38,057 bases of DNA from the NCBI GenBank assembly GCA_036491515.1, contig DASXBV010000263.1, positions 1 to 38,057 on the forward strand. Direction: 5' to 3'. The DNA is from Chthoniobacterales bacterium (lineage in GTDB: Bacteria; Verrucomicrobiota; Verrucomicrobiia; Chthoniobacterales; JAFAMB01). The notes below the pieces were generated by a model that worked only from the letters and a program-made list of their open reading frames with translations, ran no database searches and was not told where the DNA came from. Position 1 is the first letter of the stretch; each line of letters starts with the position of its first letter. This document shows, piece after piece, positions 25,248-34,170 of the stretch. A program made the position numbers and the translations under genes.

Positions 25248-26303
25248 ATGAAGAAATACCGAATTGCTACAATTCAGGGAGACGGAATCGGTAAGGAAGT
25301 TGTCCCGGAAGGAATAAGGGTCCTCGACGCTGTCGCAAAAAAAGCCGGCATTGAGTTTGATTGGCAACATTTTCCGTGGAGTTGCGCCTATTACAAGGAA
25401 GCCGGCCGGATGATGCCGGAGGATGGCCTCGAGCAGATTCGCCATCATGACGCGATTTTCCTCGGCGCTGTCGGGTTCCCAGGTGTTCCCGATCATGTAT
25501 CCCTCTGGGGACTGCTGATTCCGATTCGTCGTGCATTTGAGCAGTATGCCAATGTTCGACCTGTGCGACTGATGCCAGGAGTTCAATCCCCGTTGCGGGA
25601 CCGCGAGATAGGCGATATCGATCTTATTATCGTTCGAGAAAACAACGAGGGAGAATACTCGTCTGTTGGGGGGCGGATGTATGAGGGCACGGAATTCGAG
25701 CTGGCTACTCAACAATCAATATTTACGCGCCGGGGAGTCGATCGAATCTTACGATACGCATTCGAGATCGCCGCCAAACGGACTAAAAGGCAGGTGACTT
25801 CCGCGACCAAATCGAACGGGATCACGATAACGATGCCGTTTTGGGACGAACGATTCAGGGCGATTAGTGCGGAATATCCGGAGATTAAAACAAACCAGTT
25901 TCATATCGATATTTTGACCGCCCACTTTGTTCTGCACCCCGACTGGTTTGATGTTGTCGTCGGTTCGAATCTCTTCGGAGATATCCTCTCGGATCTCGGC
26001 CCGGCCTGCACCGGAACTATCGGCATTGCTCCGTCGGCGAACCTGAATCCAGGACGAACATTTCCGTCAATGTTCGAGCCGGTACACGGTTCGGCACCGG
26101 ATATAGCAGGGAAGGGGATTGCGAACCCGATTGCTCAGATCTGGTCCGGCGCGATGATGCTCGAGCATCTTGGCGAGCAAGACGCCGCTGACGCCGTGTT
26201 GCAGGGGATTGAGAAGGTCCTCGCAAACGGACCCAGGACCCCGGACATGCGCGGAAAAGCGTCAACACGAGAGGTAGGGGAGGCGATCGCCGCGGCCGTG
26301 TGA
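25248..26303 (+). CDS. tartrate dehydrogenase/decarboxylase-like isopropylmalate dehydrogenase family enzyme
   Basis: The N-terminus YRIATIQGDGIGKEVVPEGIRVLDAVA..FDWQHFPWSCAYYKEAGRMMPEDGLEQIRHHDAIFLGAVGFPGVPDHVSLWGLLIPIRR is typical of TtuC-type enzymes. RENNEGEYS and NLFGDILSD are also present. Confidence 0.85.
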   Translation: MKKYRIATIQGDGIGKEVVPEGIRVLDAVAKKAGIEFDWQHFPWSCAYYKEAGRMMPEDGLEQIRHHDAIFLGAVGFPGVPDHVSLWGLLIPIRRAFEQYANVRPVRLMPGVQSPLRDREIGDIDLIIVRENNEGEYSSVGGRMYEGTEFELATQQSIFTRRGVDRILRYAFEIAAKRTKRQVTSATKSNGITITMPFWDERFRAISAEYPEIKTNQFHIDILTAHFVLHPDWFDVVVGSNLFGDILSDLGPACTGTIGIAPSANLNPGRTFPSMFEPVHGSAPDIAGKGIANPIAQIWSGAMMLEHLGEQDAADAVLQGIEKVLANGPRTPDMRGKASTREVGEAIAAAV

Positions 26304-26457
26304 ATTGACTGGCGAACCGGATTTGACCCTTGACATGTCCCTTCCCCTATGGCTGATTCCCGGCTCCGCGCGCACAGAAATGCCGTTGGTCCCTGGGTTT
26401 CGGCCGCTTGGCCCTTAACCGCACGCGCCAGGGGTAACCCGGTAAAGATTACTTAAA

Positions 26458-27498
26458 ATGCATATGCCCGTTCGTTTAGGACGTTTCGAGATGCCGAAGA
26501 ACCTCAGCAAAGACGAGGTCGGCTCAACAGAAACTTACGCCAAATTTATCGCTGAACCATTTGAGGCAGGCTATGGCCATACCGTCGGCAACTCTTTGCG
26601 CCGGGTTCTTTTGTCTTCCCTGGAAGGAGCGGCGATAACTTCTGTTCGGATTACCGGTGCACAACACGAGTTCGCATCCCTCCCAGGGGTGGTTGAGGAC
26701 GTGACAGACATGATTCTCAATTTGAAAAAGATCAAGTTCAAGGCGGTCGACCACGAGCCGCGGACGGTGGCGATCAGCACCAATAAAGAGGGGCAAATCA
26801 CCGCTGGCGATATTCAAACGGTCCAGGGTATCGAGGTGCTTAACACCGATCAGGTGATCTGCACGCTCGATAGGAAGCAGAAATTTGAAGCAGAGTTCGA
26901 TGTGCGGGTCGGACGCGGGTTTTTCAGCGGAGACGAGAACAAGCGTCCGGACATGCCGATCGGTGTCATCCCGATCGATTCAATCTTTTCGCCAGTTATT
27001 CGCGTCAAATATAATGTTGAGAACACCCGAGTCGGTCAGCGCACCGACTACGATAAGTTGATTTTGGAGATTTGGACTGACGGCCGCATCACTCCGGATG
27101 AGGCGCTGCTTCAGGCTTCGGCTATCCTTCGTCATCATCTTGATGTCTTCGTGAATTACGACGACAGCCAAGTCGAGTTTGATGAAACGCCCGAAGAAGT
27201 CAGTCAGGAGAATACCAGATTGAAGAAACTCCTGAACATGAGTGTCAACGAAATCGAACTCTCGGTTCGCGCTGCGAACTGCTTAAATAACGCCAACATC
27301 ACGACCGTAGGTCAGTTGGCTATGAAGACTGAAGCCGAGATGCTCAAGTACCGAAACTTTGGCAAGAAATCGTTAAACGAGATCAAAGAAAAGTTACAAC
27401 AACTTGGTCTCAGTCTTGGAATGAAATTTGAATCGGGATTGGTTGAGCCCCCGATGGGTGGCGAGCGGAGCGACGAGGGGAAGTTGGTGTCTTTGTAA
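26458..27498 (+). CDS. rpoA: DNA-directed RNA polymerase subunit alpha
   Basis: The sequence shows EPFEAGYGHTVGNSLRRVLLSSLEGAA and the C-terminal domain VNEIELSVRAANCLNNANITTVGQL..LKYRNFGKKSLNEIKEKL. Confidence 0.95.
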   Translation: MHMPVRLGRFEMPKNLSKDEVGSTETYAKFIAEPFEAGYGHTVGNSLRRVLLSSLEGAAITSVRITGAQHEFASLPGVVEDVTDMILNLKKIKFKAVDHEPRTVAISTNKEGQITAGDIQTVQGIEVLNTDQVICTLDRKQKFEAEFDVRVGRGFFSGDENKRPDMPIGVIPIDSIFSPVIRVKYNVENTRVGQRTDYDKLILEIWTDGRITPDEALLQASAILRHHLDVFVNYDDSQVEFDETPEEVSQENTRLKKLLNMSVNEIELSVRAANCLNNANITTVGQLAMKTEAEMLKYRNFGKKSLNEIKEKLQQLGLSLGMKFESGLVEPPMGGERSDEGKLVSL

Positions 27499-27506
27499 TA
27501 CTGTTT

Positions 27507-27914
27507 ATGCGTCACGGGAAGAAGACGATTAAGTTGGGCCGCAAATCCGAGCATCGGAACCTGTTGCTGGCAAATCAGGTGTGCAGCCTCATTGAGCATA
27601 GCCGCATCAAGACAACATTGGCGAAGGCGAAGGCGGTTCGGCCGTTCGCCGAAAAGATGATTAGTCTAGGTAAGCGCGGCGATCTGCACGCACGTCGGGT
27701 AGCGTTTTCTTTCCTGCGCCAGAAGGAAGCGGTTCGAAAATTGTTTGCCGAACTGGCGGCGACCAGTAGTGGTCGTCAGGGCGGTTATTGCCGCATTGTG
27801 AAACTCGGTCCGCGCCAAAGTGATTCAGCACCGATGGCGTACCTCGAGTTCGTCGATCGTCCGGGCGAGGGCGAGAAGCTGGAAACCAAGCCAGCGCCAG
27901 AGAAGAAAAGTTAG
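27507..27914 (+). CDS. rplQ: 50S ribosomal protein L17
   Basis: The sequence MRHGKKTIKLGRKSEHRNLLLANQVCSLIEHSRIKTTLAKAKAVRPFAEKMISLGK..GGYCRIVKLGPRQSD matches L17. It begins 8 nt after rpoA. Confidence 0.95.
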   Translation: MRHGKKTIKLGRKSEHRNLLLANQVCSLIEHSRIKTTLAKAKAVRPFAEKMISLGKRGDLHARRVAFSFLRQKEAVRKLFAELAATSSGRQGGYCRIVKLGPRQSDSAPMAYLEFVDRPGEGEKLETKPAPEKKS

Positions 27915-28304
27915 CTAGCTCAGAAGCTCGAACGCTTTTTTCAGGTTATTCGGCCTGAGTATGAGAAGCCCTTTTTCCGCATTTGGCGCGGAGGCCAAGT
28001 AGGCGTACTCGATGTTCACATTTTCGGCTGCGAGCCTTTTCGCTATCTGCGACAGCGTACCAGGCTTGTTATCGTGTTCCAGCATTAGGACTTCGTTTTC
28101 CACCACTAGCGTGCCGTGTTCTTCAAATATGGACAGCGCCTTTACGTGGTCGCTGACAACCATGCGCACGACGGCATGGTCGACTGTGTCAGAGATCGTC
28201 AGCCCGAAGATGTTGATCTGCTCGGCTGCTAACGCGTCGCATACCGCAGCGAGGGTCCCCGGTTTATTTGCCAGGAACAACGCGAGTTGGGTCGCGATTT
28301 CCAT
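27915..28304 (-). CDS. small tandem-ACT domain protein
   Basis: Two ACT-like units are present (LALFLANKPGTLAAVCDALAAEQINIFGL and LMLEHDNKPGTLSQIAKRLAAENVNIEYAY). The ATG lies 3 nt after the gltB stop, with GAAGG 8 nt upstream. Confidence 0.75.
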   Translation of the reverse strand: MEIATQLALFLANKPGTLAAVCDALAAEQINIFGLTISDTVDHAVVRMVVSDHVKALSIFEEHGTLVVENEVLMLEHDNKPGTLSQIAKRLAAENVNIEYAYLASAPNAEKGLLILRPNNLKKAFELLS

Positions 28305-28307
28305 ATG

Positions 28308-31300
28308 CTAAGCCTTCGTTACCGAGGTCTTCTCTAGCGAAGGGGCTACCACCACGGCCGGTTTCGGTACTGCAGGGACTTCGATAGGGCGAATCTTCCA
28401 GAACTTTGATTCATATCGGTGCCAGTCGGCCAGGATCTCTTTGGCCCGATCACTCTCGGTCCGCTCGAGGTGCTTGTAGATTAGTTTCTTCACGGTGACG
28501 ATATCCGTTTCGGCTTGGAGACGCTCCTGCGTGACCAGTTCCGGATTCAAGTTAAACGAGAACGATCCGTCCAGATCCAATACGTAAGCAACCCCTCCGG
28601 TCATACCGGCCCCAAAGTTCTTTCCGGTACTGCCGAGCACCAATAGAGTGCCGCCGGTCATATACTCACAGCCGTGATCGCCGACTCCCTCGATAACCGC
28701 AATTACTCCGGAGTTCCTCACCCCAAAACGTTCTCCTGCTCTACCGGCTCCGAAGAATTCTCCGCCGGTCGCTCCGTATAGGCAGGTGTTGCCGACAAGC
28801 GAATTCTCATGTGCGACATATTTCCGGCTCGCGGGCGGCCTGACCACTATTTCACCACCGCTCATACCCTTGCCAACGTAATCGTTCGCTTCGCCGGCTA
28901 GCGTAATTTTTACTCCGGGGCTTAAAAATGCGCCGAGGCTTTGACCGGCGCTGCCTCGAAGGTCCAATTCAATTGTTCCCTCCGGCAGGCCCTGCTCCCC
29001 CCAAAGGTAGCCAATCTCGCCCGAAAGCTTGGTCCCGACCGCACGGTTCGTGTTCTTGACCCGGTAAGAAAGCGTGATCGGCAACTGGTCGTTCACCGCC
29101 TCGCGTGCGTCTTGCAGAATCGAATCATCGAGTCGCCGGCCCAACGGAGGATCGTTTCGCTCCCACGTATTGTGCCGCGGCTGAGGATCATCATCTTTTG
29201 CAACGTTCACCAGCAATCGACTGAGATTGACCTTATTCGCCTTCGGATGGTTTGGGATTTGCCTTTGTCTCAAGTATTCCACCCGGCCAACCAGATCGTT
29301 GAAGCTGGATATTCCCATTTGCGCCATAATTTCCCTCACTTCCTGCGCAACACCATTAAAGAAGTTCACTACGTACTCAGGCTTGCCCTTAAACTTCGCA
29401 CGGAGGCGCTCATCTTGAGTCGCAACCCCGACCGGGCAGGTATTGAGGTGGCATTGACGTACATAAACGCATCCGGAGGCAACAAGCGCGGTTGTTCCGA
29501 AGTTGAATTCTTCGGCCCCTAATAGCGCCGCGAAAACGATGTCCTCCCCTGTTCGGAGGCCGCCGTCTGTGCGCAGAATAATGCGGTTCCGCAGACTGTT
29601 CAGCATTAATACCTGATGCGCCTCGGCAATTCCCAGCTCCCAGGCGCTCCCGGCATTCTTAATGGAACTCAATGGTGAAGCGCCCGTTCCCCCTTCATGA
29701 CCGCTGATCAGGATGACGTCGGCATGCGCCTTGGCGACCCCGGCGGCGATGGTGCCAACGCCAGCTTCCGCGACTAGCTTGACGCAAATTTTCGCACGCG
29801 GATTGACCTGCTTGAGATCGTAAATCAACTGCGCCAAATCCTCGATCGAATAGATATCGTGGTGCGGCGGCGGCGAAATCAGCGCCACTCCAGGCGTACT
29901 TTTTCGCAGTCGGGCGATTAATTCTGTGACCTTATGACCCGGCAACTGTCCGCCTTCTCCGGGCTTCGCGCCTTGGGCCATTTTGATTTCGATCTCTTTC
30001 GAGGCCGCCAGATAAGCCGCGGTCACCCCAAAGCGACCCGCAGCGATTTGCTTGATCGCGCTATTCGGCCAATCACCATTCTTTCGGCGATGGAATCGTT
30101 CCGGGTCCTCACCGCCTTCACCCGAGTTGGACTTTCCACCGATCCGGTTCATGGCAATCGCCAGACACTCGTGTGCTTCCGGACTCAGTGCACCAAGCGA
30201 CATCCCGGCCGTAGTAAACCGTCGCCGGATCTCCTCGATCGTTTCCACCTCTTCGATCGGGATCGATTCTTTACCCGTCGGAATTCGTTCCAGAAGATCT
30301 CTCAGCGTGTTTGGCCGAACGGCTTTCACCGCTTCGACATACGATTTGTAATCCTCCGGCTTATTGGACTTAACGAACGCATGAAAGCTCTTGATCACCG
30401 GCGGGGTGATCGCATGCAGCTCGCCTTGGCGCCGAAACCGGTAATACCCAGGGTCGCCCAGCTCGAGCGTTCCATTTTCCTCAGGTACCGCCCTCGAGAA
30501 TCCTTGGCGATGGCGCGTTAGAGTCTCCGCCGCAATCTCCCGGAAACCGATCCCTTCGATCTTAGACGGCGTCCCGGTGAAACATTTCTCGATTAGTTCC
30601 GAACTAATTCCGATCGCCTCAAAAATCTGCGCACCTCGATAGCTGTCGATGACTGAGATGCCCATTTTCGACATGATCTTCAGCAAGCCCTTCTCGATCG
30701 CTACCTTGTAGCTGCGTGTCACTTTTTCGTAGGTTGCGCCTTCTCCAAGTTGACCCTTCTCGATTAGTTCTCGAACCGTCGCGTAAGCGATGTATGGACA
30801 GATCGCGCTTGCCCCGTACCCGATTAAGCATGCGATCTGATGCACGTCGCGACCTTCTCCAGTATCGCAAATGATGCTGCATCGCATTCGCTTTCCCGCT
30901 CGCGTAAGATGATGATGAACCGCTCCGGTGGCGAGCAGCATTGGGATTGCGGCGTGATCATGATCGACTCCCCGGTCAGAGAGAATGATCAGGCGCACCG
31001 AATCATCGACCGCCTGTTCGGCCTCCGCAGAGATCCGACTCACTGCTAGTTCCATGCCTTCCTCGCCTTCTGCGACATCCCATAGTACCGAAATCGTCGC
31101 CGACTTGTGCTCCGGATCCTGGATAGATCTGAGGGCCCACAGCTCATGTTCCAACAACACCGGCGATTCTGAGTGCACCAACTTCGCATGCTCGGGTGAT
31201 TCCGCGAACAAGTTGCGCCTCCATCCCAAGATCGTTGCCAAGGACATCACCAGCTTCTCTCGGATCGGATCGATCGGCGGATTCGTTACCTGTGCGAAGA

Positions 31301-32882
31301 GTTGTTTGAAATAGGTGTAAAGTAGTCTTGGCTGCAAAGAAAGGACGGCGAGCGGAGTGTCGTCCCCCATCGAGCCGAGAGCTTCCTGACCGTCTCTCAC
31401 CATGGGCTTGAGGACCATATCGAGTTCTTCACTCGTGTACCCAAAAGCAACCTGCCGCTGCGTCAGACCCAAAATATCGAACTCTTCCTGGGGCTCGGAG
31501 ATCTCCCGTCCGGCAATCTTCTGTAAACGGAGCAGATGCGTATTGACCCACTCACGGTAGGGCTTCTGCATCGAAAGCTGCTTCTTTATTTCGGGATTTC
31601 GCAAGAGTTTACCCGCACGAGTATCGACGGCAATCATCTCACCTGGCGCAAGTCGGCCCTTTTCGATGACTTTCGCGTCGTCGATTTGGTTGGTGCCGGC
31701 CTCAGAGCCAAGGGTGACAAGTCCTTCTTCCGTAATCTTGTATCTTGCAGGTCGAAGTCCGTTTCGATCCAGACAAGCGGCGACTACGATTCCATTGCTG
31801 AATACAAGTCCGGCCGGGCCATCCCACGGTTCATTGAAACACCGGTGATACTCGTAGAAAGCCTTGAGTTCCGGAGTCATTCTTTCGTCGGTCCGCCACG
31901 CTGGTGGTATTAGCATCGTCATCGCGTGCAAAATGTCGCGACCGGACATCATCAGGGCTTCGATCGCGTTATCCAGGCTGGCGGAATCCGAGCCTCCGCG
32001 TTGGATGATTGGCTTCAGCAAATCGACATCTTCGCCCCAGGAATCGGACATCAACTCAGACTCTCGCGCGCGCATCCAATTGCGATTGCCTTGGATCGTG
32101 TTGATTTCGCCGTTATGCGCGAGGATCCGGAACGGCTGGCTAAGAGGCCAGGTTGGAAACGTATTGGTGCTGTACCGTTCGTGGTAAAGACAGATGGCAG
32201 TCTCGTACTCCGGGTCGGCAAGATCTCGATAGAATTTTTCGAGCGAAATCGCGGTTAGCAGGCCCTTATAGACAATCACCCGGTGGGAGAACGAGGTGAT
32301 ATAAAAGTTTCTAATTTTATCGAGTTGCACACGCTTCTCGACCTCGTTTCGGGCGAGGAATAGGCGCCGTTCGTATTCATCGTCACTCATGCCGGCAGGT
32401 CGGCCGATGAGCACCTGCTCGATCCGCGGCATGGTGAGCTGTGCCTTTTCGCCGAGCACCAGAACGTTCAGTGGGACTTCACGCCAGCCGAATTGGAAGA
32501 GTTCGCGATGCTCCAAGACTTCCTCGATAATCGCCTTCGCTCGTGCCTGAGCATAGGCGTTGTCATGAGGCAAGAACACAAATCCTACCCCGAGATCAGT
32601 ATCGTTGTAGAGTGCGTGTCCGAGTTTCGTAATCTCTTTGCGGAAAAGCTTGTACGGGATCTGCGTCATTACTCCCGAGCCGTCTCCGGTTTTCGCGTCA
32701 GCATCCATCGCTCCCCGGTGCGCCATATTGCATACAGAGGTCAGTCCATAACGCAGCACCCGGTTCGATCTTTCGCCGCTGATTGCGGCCACAAATCCTA
32801 CTCCGCACGAATCGTGTTCTTCTTCCGGCCGGTAGAGCGAGTCCGGGCGCCCTTGAAGGGTTTGAAAAATTGCGTCATTCAT
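28308..32882 (-). CDS. gltB: glutamate synthase large subunit
   Basis: The N-terminal amidotransferase domain reads CGVGFVA. The FMN and Fe-S domains and the C-terminal GXGXG beta-helix (GDHGCEYMTGG, GKNFGAGMTGG) are present. The length is 1524 aa. Confidence 0.95.
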   Translation of the reverse strand: MNDAIFQTLQGRPDSLYRPEEEHDSCGVGFVAAISGERSNRVLRYGLTSVCNMAHRGAMDADAKTGDGSGVMTQIPYKLFRKEITKLGHALYNDTDLGVGFVFLPHDNAYAQARAKAIIEEVLEHRELFQFGWREVPLNVLVLGEKAQLTMPRIEQVLIGRPAGMSDDEYERRLFLARNEVEKRVQLDKIRNFYITSFSHRVIVYKGLLTAISLEKFYRDLADPEYETAICLYHERYSTNTFPTWPLSQPFRILAHNGEINTIQGNRNWMRARESELMSDSWGEDVDLLKPIIQRGGSDSASLDNAIEALMMSGRDILHAMTMLIPPAWRTDERMTPELKAFYEYHRCFNEPWDGPAGLVFSNGIVVAACLDRNGLRPARYKITEEGLVTLGSEAGTNQIDDAKVIEKGRLAPGEMIAVDTRAGKLLRNPEIKKQLSMQKPYREWVNTHLLRLQKIAGREISEPQEEFDILGLTQRQVAFGYTSEELDMVLKPMVRDGQEALGSMGDDTPLAVLSLQPRLLYTYFKQLFAQVTNPPIDPIREKLVMSLATILGWRRNLFAESPEHAKLVHSESPVLLEHELWALRSIQDPEHKSATISVLWDVAEGEEGMELAVSRISAEAEQAVDDSVRLIILSDRGVDHDHAAIPMLLATGAVHHHLTRAGKRMRCSIICDTGEGRDVHQIACLIGYGASAICPYIAYATVRELIEKGQLGEGATYEKVTRSYKVAIEKGLLKIMSKMGISVIDSYRGAQIFEAIGISSELIEKCFTGTPSKIEGIGFREIAAETLTRHRQGFSRAVPEENGTLELGDPGYYRFRRQGELHAITPPVIKSFHAFVKSNKPEDYKSYVEAVKAVRPNTLRDLLERIPTGKESIPIEEVETIEEIRRRFTTAGMSLGALSPEAHECLAIAMNRIGGKSNSGEGGEDPERFHRRKNGDWPNSAIKQIAAGRFGVTAAYLAASKEIEIKMAQGAKPGEGGQLPGHKVTELIARLRKSTPGVALISPPPHHDIYSIEDLAQLIYDLKQVNPRAKICVKLVAEAGVGTIAAGVAKAHADVILISGHEGGTGASPLSSIKNAGSAWELGIAEAHQVLMLNSLRNRIILRTDGGLRTGEDIVFAALLGAEEFNFGTTALVASGCVYVRQCHLNTCPVGVATQDERLRAKFKGKPEYVVNFFNGVAQEVREIMAQMGISSFNDLVGRVEYLRQRQIPNHPKANKVNLSRLLVNVAKDDDPQPRHNTWERNDPPLGRRLDDSILQDAREAVNDQLPITLSYRVKNTNRAVGTKLSGEIGYLWGEQGLPEGTIELDLRGSAGQSLGAFLSPGVKITLAGEANDYVGKGMSGGEIVVRPPASRKYVAHENSLVGNTCLYGATGGEFFGAGRAGERFGVRNSGVIAVIEGVGDHGCEYMTGGTLLVLGSTGKNFGAGMTGGVAYVLDLDGSFSFNLNPELVTQERLQAETDIVTVKKLIYKHLERTESDRAKEILADWHRYESKFWKIRPIEVPAVPKPAVVVAPSLEKTSVTKA

Positions 32883-32937
32883 GGCGTTAAACCTGCTGAC
32901 ATTAAGTCTTCGGATGGGTGATTCAAGACCAAAAGCT

Positions 32938-32958
32938 ATAAAATCCCGCCAATTTTAT
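32938..32958. promoter_or_regulatory. AT-rich inverted repeat ATAAAAT-N7-ATTTTAT, a candidate operator
   Basis: ataaaat (32938-32944) and attttat (32952-32958) are exact reverse complements. They sit in the divergent gltB / Lrp-like intergenic region. I could not identify a promoter. Confidence 0.3.
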
Positions 32959-33076
32959 GTCGCGGAAAACAAGTGTTTCGAATAATTTAGGCTACTTGAA
33001 ATTGGGAGTAGACTCACAGAGTCAATTGCCGAGGATTGCCGGTGTTTCTCTTCCGAGCCTAACTAGGCATACTGCC

Positions 33077-33652
33077 ATGAGAACCTTAGATGAGCAAGAA
33101 AAGGCGATCGTCCGTCGACTGATTCGCGATCCGCGCGAATCGGATAATGGAGTAGGAGAACTAACCGGGGTCAACGTGCGGACGGTAAGCCGAAAACGGC
33201 AACGTCTGGAGCAGGAAGGTATCCTGTCGTATTACGCAAACGTCGACCTCTCCGCGATAGGCGCCCAGCAGTTTACCGCGCGCCATCTTTATATCATTAA
33301 GTTTGGCGTAGGGATTACCTATAAACAACTGATGGATGATATCAAAATGGAGCCGAGCAAGACCGTTTTCACGGAAAGAGTTTTCGAAAGTCATATTGCC
33401 GAGATCGACGGAAAAGTGGCCTTGTTGCTCTACATCGACGGCGACAGCGATGTAGATATTGTGCAGCGAATGCATGAAGAATTAATCCCGAACCTCCTGG
33501 AAAATCACGGTAAGGATTCGATCGAAGAAATATCAACGATTCGCTATCTCGCGCCTGTCCGGGTGATGCGAAACTACCTGCCTCTGGTAAACATGAAGAA
33601 TGGCCTGATGAAACCGGAATGGCCCGATGAAGCGCTCTACGTAGGCCGGTAG
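33077..33652 (+). CDS. Lrp/AsnC-like transcriptional regulator
   Basis: The N-terminal HTH pattern reads LDEQEKAIVRRLIRDPRESDNGVGELTGVNVRTVSRKRQRLEQEGIL, followed by an alpha/beta domain. The track ORF starts at 32957, but the ATG at 33077 places the HTH at the N-terminus as in the family. The C-terminal domain assignment is weak. Confidence 0.6.
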   Translation: MRTLDEQEKAIVRRLIRDPRESDNGVGELTGVNVRTVSRKRQRLEQEGILSYYANVDLSAIGAQQFTARHLYIIKFGVGITYKQLMDDIKMEPSKTVFTERVFESHIAEIDGKVALLLYIDGDSDVDIVQRMHEELIPNLLENHGKDSIEEISTIRYLAPVRVMRNYLPLVNMKNGLMKPEWPDEALYVGR

Positions 33653-33660
33653 GGCGAGGC
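33648..33660 (+). repeat. GGTAGGGCGAGGC head copy
   Basis: It is identical to the first 13 nt of the 15409 unit. Its TAG (33650-33652) is the stop codon of the Lrp-like gene. Confidence 0.8.
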
Positions 33661-33709
33661 GGCCGTTTTGGGTTTTGAGTTTTACGTGCGCCAGAAAGTG
33701 TCCTGCACC

Positions 33710-33744
33710 GGATCGCGCGGGAGCGCGTCTCTACCTTCGCTTAC
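33710..33744 (-). repeat. REP-like hairpin plus a GTAAGCGAAGG end
   Basis: The plus strand reads ggatcgcgc-ggga-gcgcgtctc-tacc-ttcgcttac. The reverse complement is GTAAGCGAAGGTAGAGACGCGC-TCCC-GCGCGATCC. Its TAA (33743-33741) is the apaG stop codon. Confidence 0.8.
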
Positions 33745-34148
33745 GTTGCAGCTTTTGGCACCTGCATCTGGAATCGAGGTATGCGCGCAACGAATGGCAG
33801 GTTTTGGTCGGAGATTCCGATGAAGGCACCCTCCGCTACACTATCCGTACCGATAACATGATAGCTGTTGTAAGAGAAGCGTTCTCCTGGACGGAGACGC
33901 GGGAATTCGCCGACTACGCCATCACCTTCGACGACAATCTTTTGACCCAATTGGTCAGTAATCACCCATTTTCTGCCTCGAATAGTGACCGTTTCGGACG
34001 ATTGATTATCGATCGTGATAGAGTAAGCAAACGGGTAGGGCCGGTCCGGCGGCGCCTCAAGTGTTGGCATATAGACAACTCGGTCGATGAGCACACGAAG
34101 ATCAGTCAGTTCTCGAAACGCTGAACTCACGCGATTATAATGCGCCAT
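33741..34148 (-). CDS. apaG: ApaG (DUF525) protein
   Basis: YPFAYSITIDNQSSETVTIRGRKWVITDQLGQKIVVEGDGVVGEFPRLRPGERFSYNS aligns closely with E. coli ApaG. I prefer the ATG at 34148. The track ORF runs to 34196. Confidence 0.8.
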   Translation of the reverse strand: MAHYNRVSSAFRELTDLRVLIDRVVYMPTLEAPPDRPYPFAYSITIDNQSSETVTIRGRKWVITDQLGQKIVVEGDGVVGEFPRLRPGERFSYNSYHVIGTDSVAEGAFIGISDQNLPFVARIPRFQMQVPKAAT

Positions 34149-34170
34149 TTTGAACAAAAAGTCTCCTTCT

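Noticed and set aside
24979-25251. A 90-aa ORF (RSAFSVERSTLSVQRSTFSVQRS…)
   Set aside because: It is a translation of the 26-heptad array, with no start context or protein-like composition.
25188-25715. A 175-aa minus-strand ORF opposite the tartrate-dehydrogenase-like gene
   Set aside because: The plus-strand product matches the isocitrate/isopropylmalate dehydrogenase family end to end. The antisense ORF also runs into the repeat array.
25962-25972. GGTTCGAATCT, a tRNA T-arm-like string
   Set aside because: It lies inside the dehydrogenase CDS (VGSNLFG). No acceptor or anticodon stems can be drawn around it.
26330-26358. TTGACA (26330-26335) as the rpoA promoter -35 element
   Set aside because: At 17-nt spacing the -10 candidate would be CTGATT, which matches at 2 of 6 positions. 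The nearby TATGGC is only 12 nt away. This is too weak to call.
28941-30521. Antisense ORFs of 193 and 195 aa inside gltB
   Set aside because: gltB is unambiguous across this region. The antisense ORFs have biased composition and no family resemblance.
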